A stretch of DNA of 64,000 bases from a candidate division FCPU426 bacterium. Its GTDB lineage: Bacteria; Oederibacteriota; PGYV01; Palsa-1178. A model generated the notes under the pieces. That model saw nothing but the letters and a program-made list of their open reading frames with translations. It ran no database searches and was not told where the DNA came from. Of the stretch, positions 39,103 through 50,110 are shown piece after piece. The position numbers and the translations under genes were made by a program. The stretch's first letter is position 1. Each line of letters starts with the position of its first letter. The stretch lies in contig CAWIXE010000003.1 in NCBI GenBank assembly GCA_963840035.1, positions 224,001 through 288,000 of the forward strand, given 5' to 3'.

Positions 39103-40022
39103 AGGTCATCCACAGCCTCTCCGGCATCAAGCCGCAGAAAAAAAAGACGGCTGTCACCATAGGCGTTTTTGACGGCGTGCACGTGGGCCACGTGAAGCTA
39201 ATCGAATCCACCATAAAGTGCGCCGGGTCCCTAGGCGGAAAAAGCGCCGTAATAACCTTCGTCACACACCCTGAAAAACACCTCAATAAAGAGACCGATT
39301 TAAAACTCATAAAAAACACAAGCGCCAAAATAAGCAGGATAAAAAGCCACGGCATAGACATACTTGTGCTGCTGGATTTCAGGGAAGTATGGGGCTTAAC
39401 AGCCGAGGAATTCGTCCGGGATATACTGGTGAAAAAACTCAACATAGGCTGCATTACGGTCGGCAGGGATTTTAATTTCGGCAAAGGCGGTACAGGCAAC
39501 GCGGCCATGCTTGCGGAACTGGGGAAGAAATACGGCTTTATTACGAACGTCGTAAGCGATGTGATGATAGGCGGCAGGCGGGTTTCCAGCACTTACATAA
39601 GGGAATGCCTGAAAAAAGGGGACATAAAGAAAGCTGAGAAGATGCTGGGAAGGCAGTATTCCATAAAAGGAAAAGTGCTGCGCGGGGCCCATGTGGGTTT
39701 TGATTTCCCTACGGCAAACCTGGCCCTTGATTATGATGAGATACCGGCGCGGGGAGTATGGGCCGTTAAGGTCGAATCGGCCGGAAAAAATTATACGGGC
39801 GCGGCGAACATAGGTTTCGCCCCGACCCTGAAAAACGAAAAAAAGCAGCTGCTTGAGGTATTTATATTTGATTTTCACAAGAACATATATGGAAAAGAAA
39901 TAAAGGTGACGTTCCTGGAACGCTTAAGGGACGAGAAGAAGTTTAAGTCAAAAGCCGCGCTTCTAAAAAGGGTGGAGCAGGACATAGCATATATAAAGAA
40001 AAGATACAGCAAACGAGGTTGA
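39099..40022 (+). CDS. ribF: Riboflavin kinase/FAD synthetase
   Basis: GVFDGVHVGH, VSSTYIR, FPTANL, LRDEKKF. Confidence 0.95.
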   Translation: MKVIHSLSGIKPQKKKTAVTIGVFDGVHVGHVKLIESTIKCAGSLGGKSAVITFVTHPEKHLNKETDLKLIKNTSAKISRIKSHGIDILVLLDFREVWGLTAEEFVRDILVKKLNIGCITVGRDFNFGKGGTGNAAMLAELGKKYGFITNVVSDVMIGGRRVSSTYIRECLKKGDIKKAEKMLGRQYSIKGKVLRGAHVGFDFPTANLALDYDEIPARGVWAVKVESAGKNYTGAANIGFAPTLKNEKKQLLEVFIFDFHKNIYGKEIKVTFLERLRDEKKFKSKAALLKRVEQDIAYIKKRYSKRG

Positions 40023-40041
40023 TGTTTTAAAGTTAGTTTTT

Positions 40042-40103
40042 GTAGGGGCGATTCACGAATCGCCCAGACCAGGCAGGGTGGGCAATTCATGAATTGCCCC
40101 TAC
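40042..40103. repeat. REPIN of the GTAGGGGCG family
   Basis: GTAGGGGCGATTCACGAATCGCCC ... GGGCAATTCATGAATTGCCCCTAC. Confidence 0.88.
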
Positions 40104-40151
40104 AAGGACGGAAAAACAGAAAGTATATAAAAACTCTTAAGGGGGTATTTC

Positions 40152-40688
40152 ATGAAAATTCAGGAAAAGGTCGCGAATTCGTTTGTGTACTTTTTTAAGG
40201 AACCGTGGACTTTCATACTCGCGGGGCTTGTGGCAGGGCTTTTAACTGTGGTTACAATCGGCATACTCGGCCCGGTAATGCTGCTGGGACTTACTGAAAT
40301 GTTTTATAAGATGAGGGACGGGGTTAAACCGACCCTGGACGACCTTTTCATACACATGGATAAAACACTCATGCTCGCGATACAGGGGCTTGTTATGGGT
40401 ATTGCCATAGGGCTTGGTATCGTCCTTCTCATAATCCCGGGCCTGATCCTTGCCGCGCTGTGGATGTACGCGCCGTATTACATGGGTTTTAAAGGAATGG
40501 GCCTGACAGAATCGCTCAAAGCCAGCATTCATACGGTGAACAAGAACGGACTGATGAACCACATATTCATCATGCTCGTCATGGCCCTTGTCATGGGCAT
40601 AGGCGCGCAGATAGTGATAGGCACGCTCTTTACCTTCCCGTTAACCGCGGCATTTTTGGGGTTTTTGTTTGAGGAAGTGAAAGAATAA
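40152..40688 (+). CDS. Integral membrane protein of unknown function
   Basis: Four hydrophobic segments, LLIIPGLI motif. Confidence 0.7.
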   Translation: MKIQEKVANSFVYFFKEPWTFILAGLVAGLLTVVTIGILGPVMLLGLTEMFYKMRDGVKPTLDDLFIHMDKTLMLAIQGLVMGIAIGLGIVLLIIPGLILAALWMYAPYYMGFKGMGLTESLKASIHTVNKNGLMNHIFIMLVMALVMGIGAQIVIGTLFTFPLTAAFLGFLFEEVKE

Positions 40689-40808
40689 TTTTCAATTTTA
40701 AATTTTAGATTTTCAATTCAATAGAAAAAGGCGAAGCTTTTTAACTGCTTCGCCTTTTTCTATTGAAAGTGTATTTAATTGAAAATTGAAAATTCAGAAT
40801 TTAAAATT
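40687..40808. repeat. AATTTTC-family inverted-arm element spanning two convergent stop codons
   Basis: Arms at 40687-40718 and 40777-40808. Confidence 0.88.
40717..40767. terminator. Bidirectional intrinsic terminator
   Basis: Perfect 21-bp stem TTCAATAGAAAAAGGCGAAGC / GCTTCGCCTTTTTCTATTGAA. Confidence 0.85.
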
Positions 40809-41721
40809 CAGCCATCCGTACCAAATTCCTCCCGCCTTTTTTCGCGGAGTAGAGGGCGTCGTCGGCTAACTTTATCATGGACTTGGCGTCTTTTATCTTT
40901 GAGTTCCAGACGCAAACCCCCGCGCTTATGGTTATCTTAAATTCCTTGTCCTCGCAGAAAAATGTGGTGGCCTCTATGGTGGAGCGCAGCCTCTCGGCTA
41001 AGTATGTGGATGATTTAAGGTCTGAGATGGGGCCTAAGATTATGAATTCCTCTCCTCCGTACCTGCCCACAATGTTAATGTCCCTTGATTTTGACTGCAT
41101 GATTGCCGCAAGCGTCTTTAATACATGGTCACCGCAGGGGTGGCCGTAGGTGTCGTTTACTTTTTTAAAATGGTCAATGTCTATCATGATGACGCCCATG
41201 GGCGAGTCTGTCAGCTTCGCGGCTTCAAACTGCTTTTCAAGCGCCTCGTTTATGAACTTCCTGTTGAACAATCCGGTCAGCGCGTCCCTGTTAGCCTCGT
41301 CCTGAAGTTTTTCCGCCTTTTCCTCCAGCGTGTAATAGCTCTTGTGCAGGGCGTTTGTCAGGTCGCGGTAGGAGATCAGGCCCACGAGTTTGTTGTCTTT
41401 TGTGATGGGTATCCTTCTTATGCCGTTTAAGGTCATGAGTATCACGGCTGAGTTTATGTCCTCGTCAGGGTCAAGGGTCAACACCGGCGCGGACATGATG
41501 TCCTGAGCCTGCTTTTTGAATATCTCTTCCTTATAAGTAACCAGGGCCTGTATGACGTCGCGTTCGGTTATGATGCCGATAGGGACGTTCTCCTTATTAG
41601 TAACGACAACCGCGCCGATGCGGTGCTTCTGCAGCCGCTCCAGCATGGAAAGCACAGAATCTTCCTTGCGGGTAGTAAGCACGTCCTTCGACATGACAGC
41701 GCCTATTTTTACCATGGGCAT
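40801..41721 (-). CDS. CBS-pair diguanylate cyclase
   Basis: Two CBS domains (GIITERD, GLISYRD), DIDHFKKVNDTYGH, RYGGEEF. Confidence 0.93.
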   Translation of the reverse strand: MPMVKIGAVMSKDVLTTRKEDSVLSMLERLQKHRIGAVVVTNKENVPIGIITERDVIQALVTYKEEIFKKQAQDIMSAPVLTLDPDEDINSAVILMTLNGIRRIPITKDNKLVGLISYRDLTNALHKSYYTLEEKAEKLQDEANRDALTGLFNRKFINEALEKQFEAAKLTDSPMGVIMIDIDHFKKVNDTYGHPCGDHVLKTLAAIMQSKSRDINIVGRYGGEEFIILGPISDLKSSTYLAERLRSTIEATTFFCEDKEFKITISAGVCVWNSKIKDAKSMIKLADDALYSAKKGGRNLVRMAEF

Positions 41722-41744
41722 GTAAAACCTCCGTTTAGTTATAG

Positions 41745-41771
41745 AGACAGGAGACTGGAGACAGGAGTAAA
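41745..41771. repeat. Orphan GGAGACA-family arm
   Basis: AGACAGGAGACTGGAGACAGGAGTAAA, the exact reverse complement of 26419-26445. Confidence 0.8.
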
Positions 41772-41957
41772 CCCTATAACCCCGGTCAGCCCTGTTTCAA
41801 TTATTCTATATAATACGAGGGAAAATGTCAATCAAACAGGGGTAAAAAAACAGCCTTTCAATAATTGACAAAATAGTTAAAAAAATATATAATATTTATG
41901 TACACTTTACCAACATGCAGGGAAGAATAATACATAGAAAATTGGAGCGGTTCAATT

Positions 41958-44767
41958 ATGGGCATTAATGTGCATTTAAAAAAAACAACAGGACTTTTCT
42001 TGCTGATGCTTATTTTTGTACTTCCGGGTAACCTTCTTTTTGCCGAAGGTAAAATCATGAACGTCACCATGTCGCCTTCCACGCCGAACTTCGGGGATCC
42101 TGTCACGATAGATTTTGATTACTGCAATAATTCGTCCATATCGGCGGGCAGGCTGCTTATCGCTTTCAGCACCTTTGCGACTTTAAAGCCTTCACAGACA
42201 GTGGGGCAGGTATTTGTCGTCAGCAGCGCGGGCATAAATGTACCGACCATAGGCCCGGCTTCCGGCACGGAGTTTAATTACGCGCTTCCCGCGCCTGCTG
42301 GGTCTGCGTGCACTGATTGCTCCAGCGGCGCGGGTGTAATGAAGCATTACACCATGACGGTAAATGTCCCGAACGGGAACATGTTTCCCGGCTGCAATAA
42401 CACAAGCCTTAGCCTTTTTATCGGCGAAAAGGACTATTACATGGACGGGGCGACCTGGGCCGGCCTTGACGCGTGTCATTCCACAAAATTATCCTGGACC
42501 ATAGGGGTCCCGGCAAAACAATTTTCCATACATAAAAGAGCGCAGGGTGTAATCAGCAATGTTGGAGACCTGATACTTTATTCCATAGATTTTACTTACG
42601 GCAACGGAGACCTAGTCATCACCGACCCGCTGCCGCCGAATCTAAAGGTAGTGTCGGTGGGGCCGGGGGCTATTTCAACAGGTATCGGAGCGGGCGCCAC
42701 TACGGGTACGCTAACCTGGGTGCTGCCGCCAAAAGCAGGGGACCCGGGAATATCATCAGGGACAGTCTGGTTCCTCTGCCAGATGAATATTACGCCCACT
42801 GCCGGGGATGTTATTACAAATATCGCGACCGGGTCAATGGCGGGGATGCCTGACCAGTCATCGCCGGTAGCAAGCAAGGTCGGAGAAGTTACTATGTCGG
42901 TAAAGAAGTCCTTCGGCCCGCCCGGAGCAACTAAGAATCTGAATGACATCATTACATACTACCTGGACTACCAGGTGAGCGGATCCAAGCTCGGAGCGTA
43001 CGAGTCATTTGACCAGATGCCGCTCGGAGCGTCGTATTCAAACGCCAGCGCGCCGCCCGGGTGGAAATTCATGCCGTTTGGGGCAAACACGGGCGTGTGG
43101 AATGTGATGAACCCGTGCGACACCGGAGATAATTACATACAGGCAAATCCCGGAGGGTCGGGGCAATATCCGGCATTGCTATTAAACTCGGCAAACCCGA
43201 ATTTCTGCACCGGAGAAATATACGTGGATACCGAGATTGAAGGTTCTTATAACGGCGCGGACTCGCAGATAATTGTCCGCAACAACGGCAAGGCAGGCAC
43301 TGCGAATCGTTCAATAGGGCTGGTCATTTCAAATGACGCGACACCGGCATATCTTACTTTTCAGCTATATGACGGCAGCTCACCCAGCTATCCCGGCACA
43401 AAATACGGAAGTGTGATCCTTCAGCTGAATAAATGGTACAGCGTCAATATAAAGGTTTCACTGGTAAACGGCAATAATGATTACTTATACCAGGCAAAGG
43501 TGTGGCCTAAAGGCGACTCCATACCCAACGCGTGGATGGCTGAATATACCCAGACAAACGGCGCAAATGACAATGTATGGAGGTGCGACGGCCTCGGCAG
43601 TTCCACTGATTGGCGTCCGGGTTTTAATGAACAGGGCGGGGACGGCACGGTTCAGGATTCGTTTGATAACTTTGTTGTTTTAAATCCTTATACTAATGCC
43701 AATACGGTATTATATGACACTCTGCCCGCGGGCATAACATTTACCGGGCCGCTGAGCGGCCCTGCCACAACCAGCCCCATGGTTTCATGGAACCTGGGCC
43801 CCATATCGGACCAGAGCGGTTCATACACTTGGTGGGGGCAAATTACTTCGGCTTGCGGCGCTATCACAAATATCTCCGCAATGAGCGGCAGCGGCGGCGC
43901 CCCGTATTTTCAAATGAAAGCGTTATAAATGTAAGCTGCGGCTCGCCGACAAATACCCCGACTAAAACAAGTTCGCCGACCTTTACATATACCCCTTCCA
44001 TCACCATTACCAGCACGCCTCCGCCAACCGCTACTTCCACGGGGACATATACCGTGACGATGACCCCGACTTGCACGCCGACGCCCAGGCCGGCGGAGAT
44101 AAGCGTCATGCTTTTGCCCGCGGATAACGGCTGCGTTTCCGGAGGCGAAGTGGAATTCACTGTAACAATACTTAATATAGGGGCGCAGGCGATAAACGGG
44201 CTGTTAAGTCAGGTTGTGCCTGCGGACACCGCGTTTGATACTTCGCTTTCCGCAAATAGCGGCTGGACATCGTCAACGCCAGGGACCATGATCCCGGCTG
44301 GAAGCGTTATCACAAGGGCAATCGGAACAATAAATCCCGGCCTGCCGCTGATATGCAGATTTACTTTAAAGACCGCGGACAGCCTGCCCTCGGGGACGGT
44401 TATCCCTGTTGTCATGTCGACGCTTGTGTATGACGATTATCCGCCGTTTGCCGCGGGCAATATAGAATCAAGCCAGCCTGCCCAGATAACCATAGGCGAG
44501 ATGGCCATATACCCCAACCCTTTCAACCCGAAAAAAGCCGTGGATGGGGTGCTGAAATTTGCAAACATGCCGAGGAATGCGGTGATTTCCATATACACGC
44601 TCAACGGTGAGCTTGTCCTTAATTTTTTCGTCAATCAGTCAAAAGTATTATGGAACGGCAAGAACGCGGAAGGAAAATGGGCATCGGCGGGGATATATTA
44701 TTACATCATAAAATATAATGACTTAAAATCCGTTATAACGGGGAAGATATACCTTGTTAACAACTAA
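41958..44767 (+). pseudogene. Secreted DUF11/lectin-like protein with T/P linker and T9SS-like C-terminal domain, split by a 1-nt frameshift
   Basis: ORFs 41958-43928 and 43787-44767. Adding one C in the C4 run (43900-43903) yields GAPVFSNESVINVSC, colinear with the paralog's PPVMSDPVFINVAAC. C-terminal YPNPFNP. Confidence 0.75.
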
Positions 44768-44815
44768 TTGACAATTAAAACGAAATTATTATAATAAGCG
44801 GATGTGATTACAGTT

Positions 44816-44968
44816 TGTCATTGCGAGGAACAGTTTTGATTTACTGCGACGAAGCAATCTCGTTTCAGCCCTGTAATACAGCAAGATTGCCATTCGACAG
44901 GCTCACGGTCCTTAGCGAAGTCGAAGGACTTCGTCGGCATATGACAAATGCGCCTCCTCGCAATGACA
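44816..44968. repeat. TGTCATTGCGAGG...CCTCGCAATGACA palindromic MITE-like element with a nested insertion
   Basis: Inner arms CGACGAAGCAATCT / AGATTGC[39-nt insert]TTCGTCG. Confidence 0.85.
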
Positions 44969-45119
44969 GGTATTATAAACTGAACTAATCATATTAAAAT
45001 GTAATAAACAACAATACCTTTATAAACCCAAAAAGACCTTTTTATATTTTTACTAAAGCGCTTTCTTAAAATTGTAAAAAAGCATCAATAATACAATAAA
45101 AACGGCTACTTTTTGTATA

Positions 45120-48100
45120 TTGCTTTATCCCGGGTTTTGTTTATACTGGTTTCAGGCAAGAGGGATCTATAGGGATGTGCTTAATTTGAATAAAAAACCT
45201 TTGTTTCTTACAGCTGCTGTAATTATCGCCACGCTAATGGCATACGGTACTATTTTTGCCGCTATCACTTCAGTTTCCAATGTCGCCATATCACCCGCAC
45301 AGCCTAATCCCGGAGATACTGTTACTATAACCTGGGACTGGATGGGAAGTTCGTCTATTGCCGGCGCAAATGTGAAAATGATCGCTGCCGTATCAACGCA
45401 GTGCCAGCTCAGGTCCGCGGTTACAACGGGGCAGTATATCGTGATAGGCGACGCGTGTGTTAAACCTGCCAATCCCGCGGCTGCAGAGGTAAACGGCCCG
45501 GGCTGCCCGCTGACCGGTACTTATTCAGATGTAACCGTGACGCACAAATCCGTTGAAAGCGGAGTTTATACTTTTAAGTTGCCCGCCGACGCGGTTCCAG
45601 GGCAGACCTATTACGCCATTATATCGATGAATGAATATAACCTGTATCTGCGTTCTTATGACGTCCCCACAACAACAAGCCATCCGCAGGCCTGCGTCGG
45701 TTTTCAGGTGCCGCTTACAGCACCTTACATACGCCTTTCCAAATCAGCGGAAGGCACGACCGCAAGCGTGGGAACTACTGTGCTTTTTACAATCAGTTAT
45801 GACGCCGGCAATGTCCATAATTTTCAGATTACAGACGTGGTGGACCCCAGATTCACCATAGACACGGTTTATGGAGGAAGTAAAACAGGGCAGACAATAA
45901 CCTGGAATACATTCCCGGCGTTTATCGGGTCCCCGCAAAAAGGTTCGGTGTCATTCCTCGCGCACGTGAATTCCGGGAGCATCGGGGATAATATCCCCAA
46001 TGCAGCCACAGGCACATCCACTGAAACAACAGGCACAGGCTCGGTCAGCGTTGCCATCGGCAAGCCCGGCCTTACAATATCTAAAAGCGTTTCATCTTCG
46101 GTAGTGAACCCCGGGGACACAATAACTTACACAATGCAATATAACAACCAGGGGACAACCATGGTTGAGTTTAAAAATTTTGACGACGGCTTGACCACAG
46201 GCTGGGTTTCGTCAGGAGGCGGGTCTGTCTGGGATGCGTCTGACGGCACTTTGCGGCAGACCTCTTCTGCCGCGACATACGCAAGTTTCATGGACAACAA
46301 TATAGCGCCGCTTCACGACGGAATATACCAGCTTGACATACTCATACCGTCAACTAACACTGCCCACTGGGACGGTGTTTTTCATTTTATCCAGGTGGAC
46401 GGCAATAATTTTTATATGGCAAGGATAAACGCATCCGATAATAAACTTTATCTTGATTCCGTGGTAGCGGGGGTACAAAACATCGGGGGAATCAGTTTGC
46501 CAAACCCTCACGGCCTGGATATAAGGCAGGATATATGGTACACCCTGAAAATACAGGTGTGCGGTTCTTCAATAATGATGAAAGTGTGGCCGCGGAGCGA
46601 AACAGAATACCCGGTATGGGACCTGTCAATAACAGACAACAAAATAACGGGGAACGGAATAGTGGGGTTCCAGTCGAACGAAGGCCCGCAGCAGTATGAC
46701 AACTTAAAAGTATTCAGTTTATCATCTTCCACAAACCCGAGAATTTTTGATTCGGTGCCGGCTAATATAACTTACATCGACTGCGCAGGCGGGTCAGGGT
46801 GTTCAAAACCCGGCAATGTGGTTAACTGGACTGTGGGAACTACCTGTGCGGGGCAGCAGGCTGTTTCGTGGCGAGGGTATGTAAACCCGGCCACGGCGTG
46901 CGGAATTACCATCACAAACACCGCGGGCATTGATTCGGATGACTCACCGCCGCCGGTGATGTCTGACCCGGTATTTATAAATGTGGCTGCGTGCGTGACA
47001 ACCCCGACTAACACGCCAAGCGCGACAGCAACGTTCACCGCGACTAAAACAGCCACTTTGACATTCACCAGGACTGTGACAGTTACAGGCACTCCCACTT
47101 ACACAGCGACTTCTTCAAGTACTGTTACCCTGACAAATACAATTGCCATTACAAACACATTCACGCCTACTTCCACGCCGACTTCAACAAAGACTTTCAC
47201 CCCGACGCTTTCATACACAGGTACGCCGCAGAATACTGCTACAAACACGCAGACTCCAACGCCTACAGCGACAGCGACGGGAACGCCGTCATCAACGCCA
47301 TCCAGGACCGCGACTTTAACGCGCACAAATACTTCAACGCCTTCATATACGGCCACGGGAACACTAACGTCCACAGAAACGCCGAGCATGGTGCCTACTG
47401 ACACGGTTTCTTCAAACACGCCGACAGCGACAAAAACTTATTCTTCAACGCCGACCGTAACATCCACGCGCACAAATACCGGTACGCCGACCTCCACGCG
47501 CACAGCCACGGCCACGCTCACTGATTCTCCGGTAGCTTCGGCTACCGACTCTCCAACAATAACCTCCACATATACAGCGACACCGACCGCGACAGCGACT
47601 CCGACTATAACGGTTTCGCCTTTGGGCACGCTGACAAATTCTCCGACAAGGACAGTTACGGCAACACCGACTTTAACGCTCACGGCTACAGGCACCGCAA
47701 CTGCCACACCGTCATATACGGAAACGCACACGCGCACCATGACGCCGTATCCGACATCGACTTCGACACCATCGCTTACCCCGACACCTTTCCCCGCAAA
47801 TGTCACGGTGTTGCTCGGCCCTGCTGACGCCGGTTCACCGGCCGGAGGAACAATTGTTTTTACCGCGGTTATTACAAACACCGGCGCAGCCGCAACAAAC
47901 GGGCTGATTACATTTGTACTGCCAGCGGAAACAACTCTGGATTTGACGCTTGCCGGAAATTCCGGGTGGTCATCTGTTACGCCGGGGAGCCTATTGCCGG
48001 CGGGCAGTATAATAACAAGGCCGGCGGCGACCATAAGCGCGGGAAGTCCCATGACTTATACGCTGACCATAAAGATAGCGGATACAGCAGTGTCAGGAAC

Positions 48101-48470
48101 GGTCATCCCGGTTAGCGCAATGATACTCACATATGACGACCTTCCTCCGTTTTCCGCCGGTAATTTTGCGCAAAGCCAGCCGGCGCAGATACGGATTGGC
48201 GAGATGGCAGTATACCCGAACCCGTTTAATCCCAAGAAAGCTGTCGGAGGTGTAATGAAGTTCGGCAATATGCCGCTCAGGTCATCCATATCTATTTATA
48301 CCTTAAATGGCGAGCTGGTCCTTAATTTTTACGCCAGGGAGTCAAGGGTGACGTGGGACGGCAGGAATGCTGAACGCAGGTGGGTTTCACCCGGGGTTTA
48401 TTATTACATTATAAGATATAATGAATCAAAATCCATAGCGACGGGGAAGATATACCTTGTTAACGACTAA
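45120..48470 (+). CDS. Large secreted protein: DUF11 repeats, ConA-like domain, long Thr/Pro linker, T9SS-like CTD (start uncertain, possibly 45177)
   Basis: Signal peptide, ISKSVSSSVVNPGDTITY, about 260-aa T/P/S tract, YPNPFNP...SPGVYYYII...KIYLVND. Confidence 0.82.
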   Translation: MLYPGFCLYWFQARGIYRDVLNLNKKPLFLTAAVIIATLMAYGTIFAAITSVSNVAISPAQPNPGDTVTITWDWMGSSSIAGANVKMIAAVSTQCQLRSAVTTGQYIVIGDACVKPANPAAAEVNGPGCPLTGTYSDVTVTHKSVESGVYTFKLPADAVPGQTYYAIISMNEYNLYLRSYDVPTTTSHPQACVGFQVPLTAPYIRLSKSAEGTTASVGTTVLFTISYDAGNVHNFQITDVVDPRFTIDTVYGGSKTGQTITWNTFPAFIGSPQKGSVSFLAHVNSGSIGDNIPNAATGTSTETTGTGSVSVAIGKPGLTISKSVSSSVVNPGDTITYTMQYNNQGTTMVEFKNFDDGLTTGWVSSGGGSVWDASDGTLRQTSSAATYASFMDNNIAPLHDGIYQLDILIPSTNTAHWDGVFHFIQVDGNNFYMARINASDNKLYLDSVVAGVQNIGGISLPNPHGLDIRQDIWYTLKIQVCGSSIMMKVWPRSETEYPVWDLSITDNKITGNGIVGFQSNEGPQQYDNLKVFSLSSSTNPRIFDSVPANITYIDCAGGSGCSKPGNVVNWTVGTTCAGQQAVSWRGYVNPATACGITITNTAGIDSDDSPPPVMSDPVFINVAACVTTPTNTPSATATFTATKTATLTFTRTVTVTGTPTYTATSSSTVTLTNTIAITNTFTPTSTPTSTKTFTPTLSYTGTPQNTATNTQTPTPTATATGTPSSTPSRTATLTRTNTSTPSYTATGTLTSTETPSMVPTDTVSSNTPTATKTYSSTPTVTSTRTNTGTPTSTRTATATLTDSPVASATDSPTITSTYTATPTATATPTITVSPLGTLTNSPTRTVTATPTLTLTATGTATATPSYTETHTRTMTPYPTSTSTPSLTPTPFPANVTVLLGPADAGSPAGGTIVFTAVITNTGAAATNGLITFVLPAETTLDLTLAGNSGWSSVTPGSLLPAGSIITRPAATISAGSPMTYTLTIKIADTAVSGTVIPVSAMILTYDDLPPFSAGNFAQSQPAQIRIGEMAVYPNPFNPKKAVGGVMKFGNMPLRSSISIYTLNGELVLNFYARESRVTWDGRNAERRWVSPGVYYYIIRYNESKSIATGKIYLVND

Positions 48471-48573
48471 TTGACAATGGACAATTTGTCAATTGACAAT
48501 AAAATGCGTTACAAACCAAATGATGCTGTCGGGAAATCCGGATTTTAATACGATTTTTGACTCTGTCGTGTGA

Positions 48574-48709
48574 TGTCATTGCGAGGAGCGAGTTTCTCAG
48601 CGACGAAGCAATCTCTGCACTTTTGTGGAAACGTCCGTACAAAAAGGCTTATCAATGGAACTGAGATTGCTTCGTCGCCATGAACCCAAAACGGCTCCTC
48701 GCAATGACA
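48574..48709. repeat. Second TGTCATTGCGAGG MITE-like element (uninterrupted)
   Basis: TGTCATTGCGAGGAGCG..CGACGAAGCAATCTC ... GAGATTGCTTCGTCG..GCTCCTCGCAATGACA. Confidence 0.88.
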
Positions 48710-48808
48710 ATCTAATCAAAGACTTTTCTGACAGTCTCCAAATTAACCTTTAAACTAATAATCCCATGTGTTATACTCATATAATCTAAATATCAGGAGT
48801 GTCCAAAA

Positions 48809-50110
48809 ATGCGCGCAGGAATTATTGGTGGAGGTATTGCCGGGTTAACGGCGGCTTTAAGGCTGCTGAAAGCCGGTCATAAGGCGGAAGTTTTTGAAGC
48901 GGCCGAGCAGTTAGGCGGTTTGGCCAGGGCTTTTGATTTCGCCGGGGAAAAACTCGACATATTCTACAGGCATATTTTTTCCAGCGATATTGATGTCATA
49001 AACCTCATAGAAGAACTTGGGTTAAAAAACGAACTTTTATGGCTTGAGTCAAAGATGGGATTCTATTATAAAGGTACGGCTTACCCTTTCTCAAAACCCA
49101 TGGACATCCTTTTTAAGTTCAAGGCTCTTTCATTTATTGACAGGGTAAGACTGGGTTTAATGACAGTGTACCTGACAAAGGTAAATAACTGGAAGAAATA
49201 TGAAAAGATCACGGCAAAAGAATGGGTTATAAAATACGCCGGGCAAAAAGTATATGACGTTGTGTGGGGCCCGTTAATGGAGCAGAAGTTCGCGGAAAAA
49301 GCGGGCGACATCGCCATGACCTGGCTCTATGGCAGGATACATTCCAGGATAGTATCGCGCAAGGGCGCGGGAATGAAAGAGTACCTGGGTTATTTAAAGG
49401 GAAGCTACCAGAAGATGATAGACGCGCTTGAGGCGGAAATAGTAAAACTCGGCGGCGTCATTCATAAATGCGCGCCGGTATCCAAAGTAATTATTAAGGA
49501 TGGAAGGGCAACCGGGGTTATGGTCCATGGCAAGGAAATTGGATTTGATACGGTAGTCGCGACTCCGGCGCCGGACCTGCTTAAGAAAATAGTTGATTTT
49601 AGAAATCCGGCGTATGAAGCGCGTTTTGAAAAGCTGCACTATATAGGCGCCATGGATATGGTCCTGCGCATGAAAAAATCCTTAAGCCCTGTCTACTGGC
49701 TTAATGTGGCTGATAAAGACAGCCCGTTTGTGTGCGTGGTCGAGCATACAAACTTCGTGCCAAAAGAGTGGTACGGCGGGGATACGATAGTTTACATAGG
49801 CAAGTATATTTCCCCGGACGCGGAACTTTATAAGGCGGATAATGAAACTGTCAAAAAAAGGTTTTTCAGCCACTTAAAGAACATATACCCTTCATTTGAT
49901 GAAAAAGATGTGATAGAATGGAAAATGTTCAGGGAGCCCTTTTCCCAGCCCGTGGTGACAAAGGAATTTTCAAAGACGAAATTAGATTATAAGTCCCCGG
50001 TTGACGGGCTTTATCTGGCAAACATGTCCATGATATACCCGGAAGACAGGGGAATGAGTTACAGTGTGAGGCTGGGGAATGAAGTGGTGAAGGAAGTTTT
50101 AAAGGGTTAA
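48809..50110 (+). CDS. FAD-dependent oxidoreductase (amine/protoporphyrinogen oxidase superfamily)
   Basis: IIGGGIAGLTAA, EQLGGLA, IYPEDRGM. Adjacent to a GT2 gene. Confidence 0.85.
   Translation: MRAGIIGGGIAGLTAALRLLKAGHKAEVFEAAEQLGGLARAFDFAGEKLDIFYRHIFSSDIDVINLIEELGLKNELLWLESKMGFYYKGTAYPFSKPMDILFKFKALSFIDRVRLGLMTVYLTKVNNWKKYEKITAKEWVIKYAGQKVYDVVWGPLMEQKFAEKAGDIAMTWLYGRIHSRIVSRKGAGMKEYLGYLKGSYQKMIDALEAEIVKLGGVIHKCAPVSKVIIKDGRATGVMVHGKEIGFDTVVATPAPDLLKKIVDFRNPAYEARFEKLHYIGAMDMVLRMKKSLSPVYWLNVADKDSPFVCVVEHTNFVPKEWYGGDTIVYIGKYISPDAELYKADNETVKKRFFSHLKNIYPSFDEKDVIEWKMFREPFSQPVVTKEFSKTKLDYKSPVDGLYLANMSMIYPEDRGMSYSVRLGNEVVKEVLKG

Noticed and set aside
38122..40022. Absence of truB between nrnA and ribF
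   Set aside because: Gene-order variation in this operon is common, and loss cannot be judged from one window.
46990..47800. DGR-like or nucleotide tandem repeat in the large secreted gene
   Set aside because: A low-complexity Thr/Pro linker with varied codons. There is no template/variable repeat pair or reverse transcriptase.
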